Source of the DNA: Mobula hypostoma
Lineage: Eukaryota
NCBI RefSeq assembly: GCF_963921235.1
Contig: NC_086118.1
Span: forward strand, 17,982,001-18,046,000
Length of the DNA: 64,000 nt
Direction of reading: 5' to 3'
The notes beneath the pieces are model-generated. The model did not search any database. It was not told the origin of the DNA and was given only the letters and a program-made list of their open reading frames with translations. Each line of letters begins with the position of its first letter. Within the stretch, counting starts at the first letter, position 1. The position numbers were made by a program, and so were the translations under genes. Below are positions 62,551 to 64,000 of this stretch, in pieces.

Positions 62551-62755
62551 GTGCATCAAAATTGGAGACAAGGAATGTGAATACAATTCCAACTTTCGTC
62601 TTATTCTTCACACAAAGCTGGCAAACCCCCATTATCAACCTGAGATGCAAGCCCAATGTACTCTCATTAATTTCACCGTTACTAGAGATGGCTTAGAGGA
62701 CCAACTTCTAGCTGCCGTAGTCAGTATGGAGAGACCAGACCTGGAAGAGCTGAAG
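62551..62755 (+). CDS. DNAH9: DNAH9-like exon, AAA5 ([31 protein letters not shown]...[14 protein letters not shown]...ERPDLEELK)
   Basis: Acceptor ttcctgcctag|, donor |gtatgg; 205 nt, phase 2-0; the seven exons total 1560 nt = 520 codons with no stop. Confidence 0.94.
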
Positions 62756-64000
62756 GTATGGTGAAATAACCTTGTTCTTTCAAAACCTTATTTATGCCAG
62801 TAAGAACAACAAAAGTAGGAAATGCTAGGCAGGTGAGGCAGCATTGGTGGAGAGAGAAACAGTGTCAATATCAGCTGCCTGTTCAGTTGAGTATTTTTGT
62901 CATTCCTGGTCTTTTTTGCAGTTTTTTGCTTACAGAAACAACATCTCATTATCAATGTAATCTGGCTGTCTAGGAATTAGTTTTTACAGTACAGAATTTT
63001 ATTCTATTGTACCTGTGTTAACTCAGAAAAAGATCTCCGTACTTGCAGGCAGCCAAAGAAGGTTCATCATTCCCAGGATATATCCATTCCAGAGGGTTGG
63101 ACCTGGCTAAAGCTGTGTAATTGGTAGTTTACAATGAAGAATTTCAGAGTTTGTTAGGTTTTTCTCCCCCTCTGCTTGTTATAATAAAATCGCTGCTGTC
63201 CCATTGAGTCAGAATGCTATTGTTTTAAATATGGTGCATGGGTTTAAGTTATTTTCATGCATAGGCTTGAAAATGAGAAGTAAGGAAACACCCATTTGTT
63301 CTACAAGAGGCACCCATGAAAAGTGCTGCACAATGTCGGATCTCCCTGGATGGGACCCACCACCTACAACCTCTATCTTTGCATCCTTGCATCTGCCCCC
63401 AGAAGGCTGATCTCTCTGGTCCAAACTGTCCTGTGTTGGGGGTTGGGGGGGGTGTGCAGGAGAAGAAGATGAAATAAGTATTTCCACATCCTGAGCTTTA
63501 CCATCTGCCAAAACTATCAGAATGCTTCTGATTTTAAGAAGCATTCAAAAAACTGAAAAAAATAAATGAAAAAAATTAAGTTTTGTTTCAAAAAGAAAGC
63601 TAAATCAACTAAAGCAGTTGTTTATTGCGTCAAAAAGGTAATTTTAAAAATAATTACCTATTCTTGCCTCTATTCCTCATAGTCACATAATATTTATTCA
63701 ACTGAGTATGCTCACAAATCCTGTGCTGGGTTAAGAGATTGGGGATGCAACACATCCTGGAGTTTGAATCATTGGGCTAAAATGATCCAGTAGCAAACTT
63801 CAGAGCAGACATTGTCAATAAAACTATCACACATAGTGGCACAATAGATTGAGCTACAAGTACACACCGATCATTTTTGGAACTCCATGTTTGTGATACC
63901 TTAAGGTAAAATTGGAAAAAGGAATGTTTAGTAATGGTTTAATTTTCTTACTCCAAGATACACTTTGAAAATCTGTTTCTTCACGTTTTATTTGCAATTT

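Noticed and set aside
11359..62755. Assignment to DNAH17 or DNAH11
   Set aside because: Recalled diagnostic stretches ([40 protein letters not shown]) fit DNAH9 better; a phylogeny would settle it

Overview
Eukaryotic, AT-rich vertebrate genomic DNA. The repeat landscape (V-SINEs, CR1, Rex1/Babar, Penelope, L1) suggests a cartilaginous fish such as a ray; this is an inference. The only host gene I can support is an axonemal outer-arm dynein heavy chain, best matching DNAH9. Seven internal + strand exons (11359-11619, 13571-13996, 24143-24262, 32276-32464, 52105-52340, 57091-57213, 62551-62755) splice with GT-AG into one uninterrupted 520-codon frame covering the stalk coiled coils, the microtubule-binding domain and most of AAA5. 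The rest is intron, rich in often nested mobile elements: a fold-back mariner derivative holding a Harbinger-like MITE; a full-length L1 with 13-bp TSD carrying an antisense L1 and a CR1 tail; a solo LTR; a Sleeping-Beauty-family Tc1 rebuilt with two right ends; HERO and R4/Dong RLE-type LINEs; Penelope pieces with a minimal hammerhead ribozyme; and tRNA-derived SINEs, one with a 48-bp flanking duplication. Several RFX X-box motifs lie in unique intronic DNA. I found no clearly new biological system. The best leads are the two-right-end transposon architecture (seen twice), the possible horizontal transfer of the SB-like element, and the sense-strand intronic hammerhead. Family assignments come from recalled motifs, not database searches.
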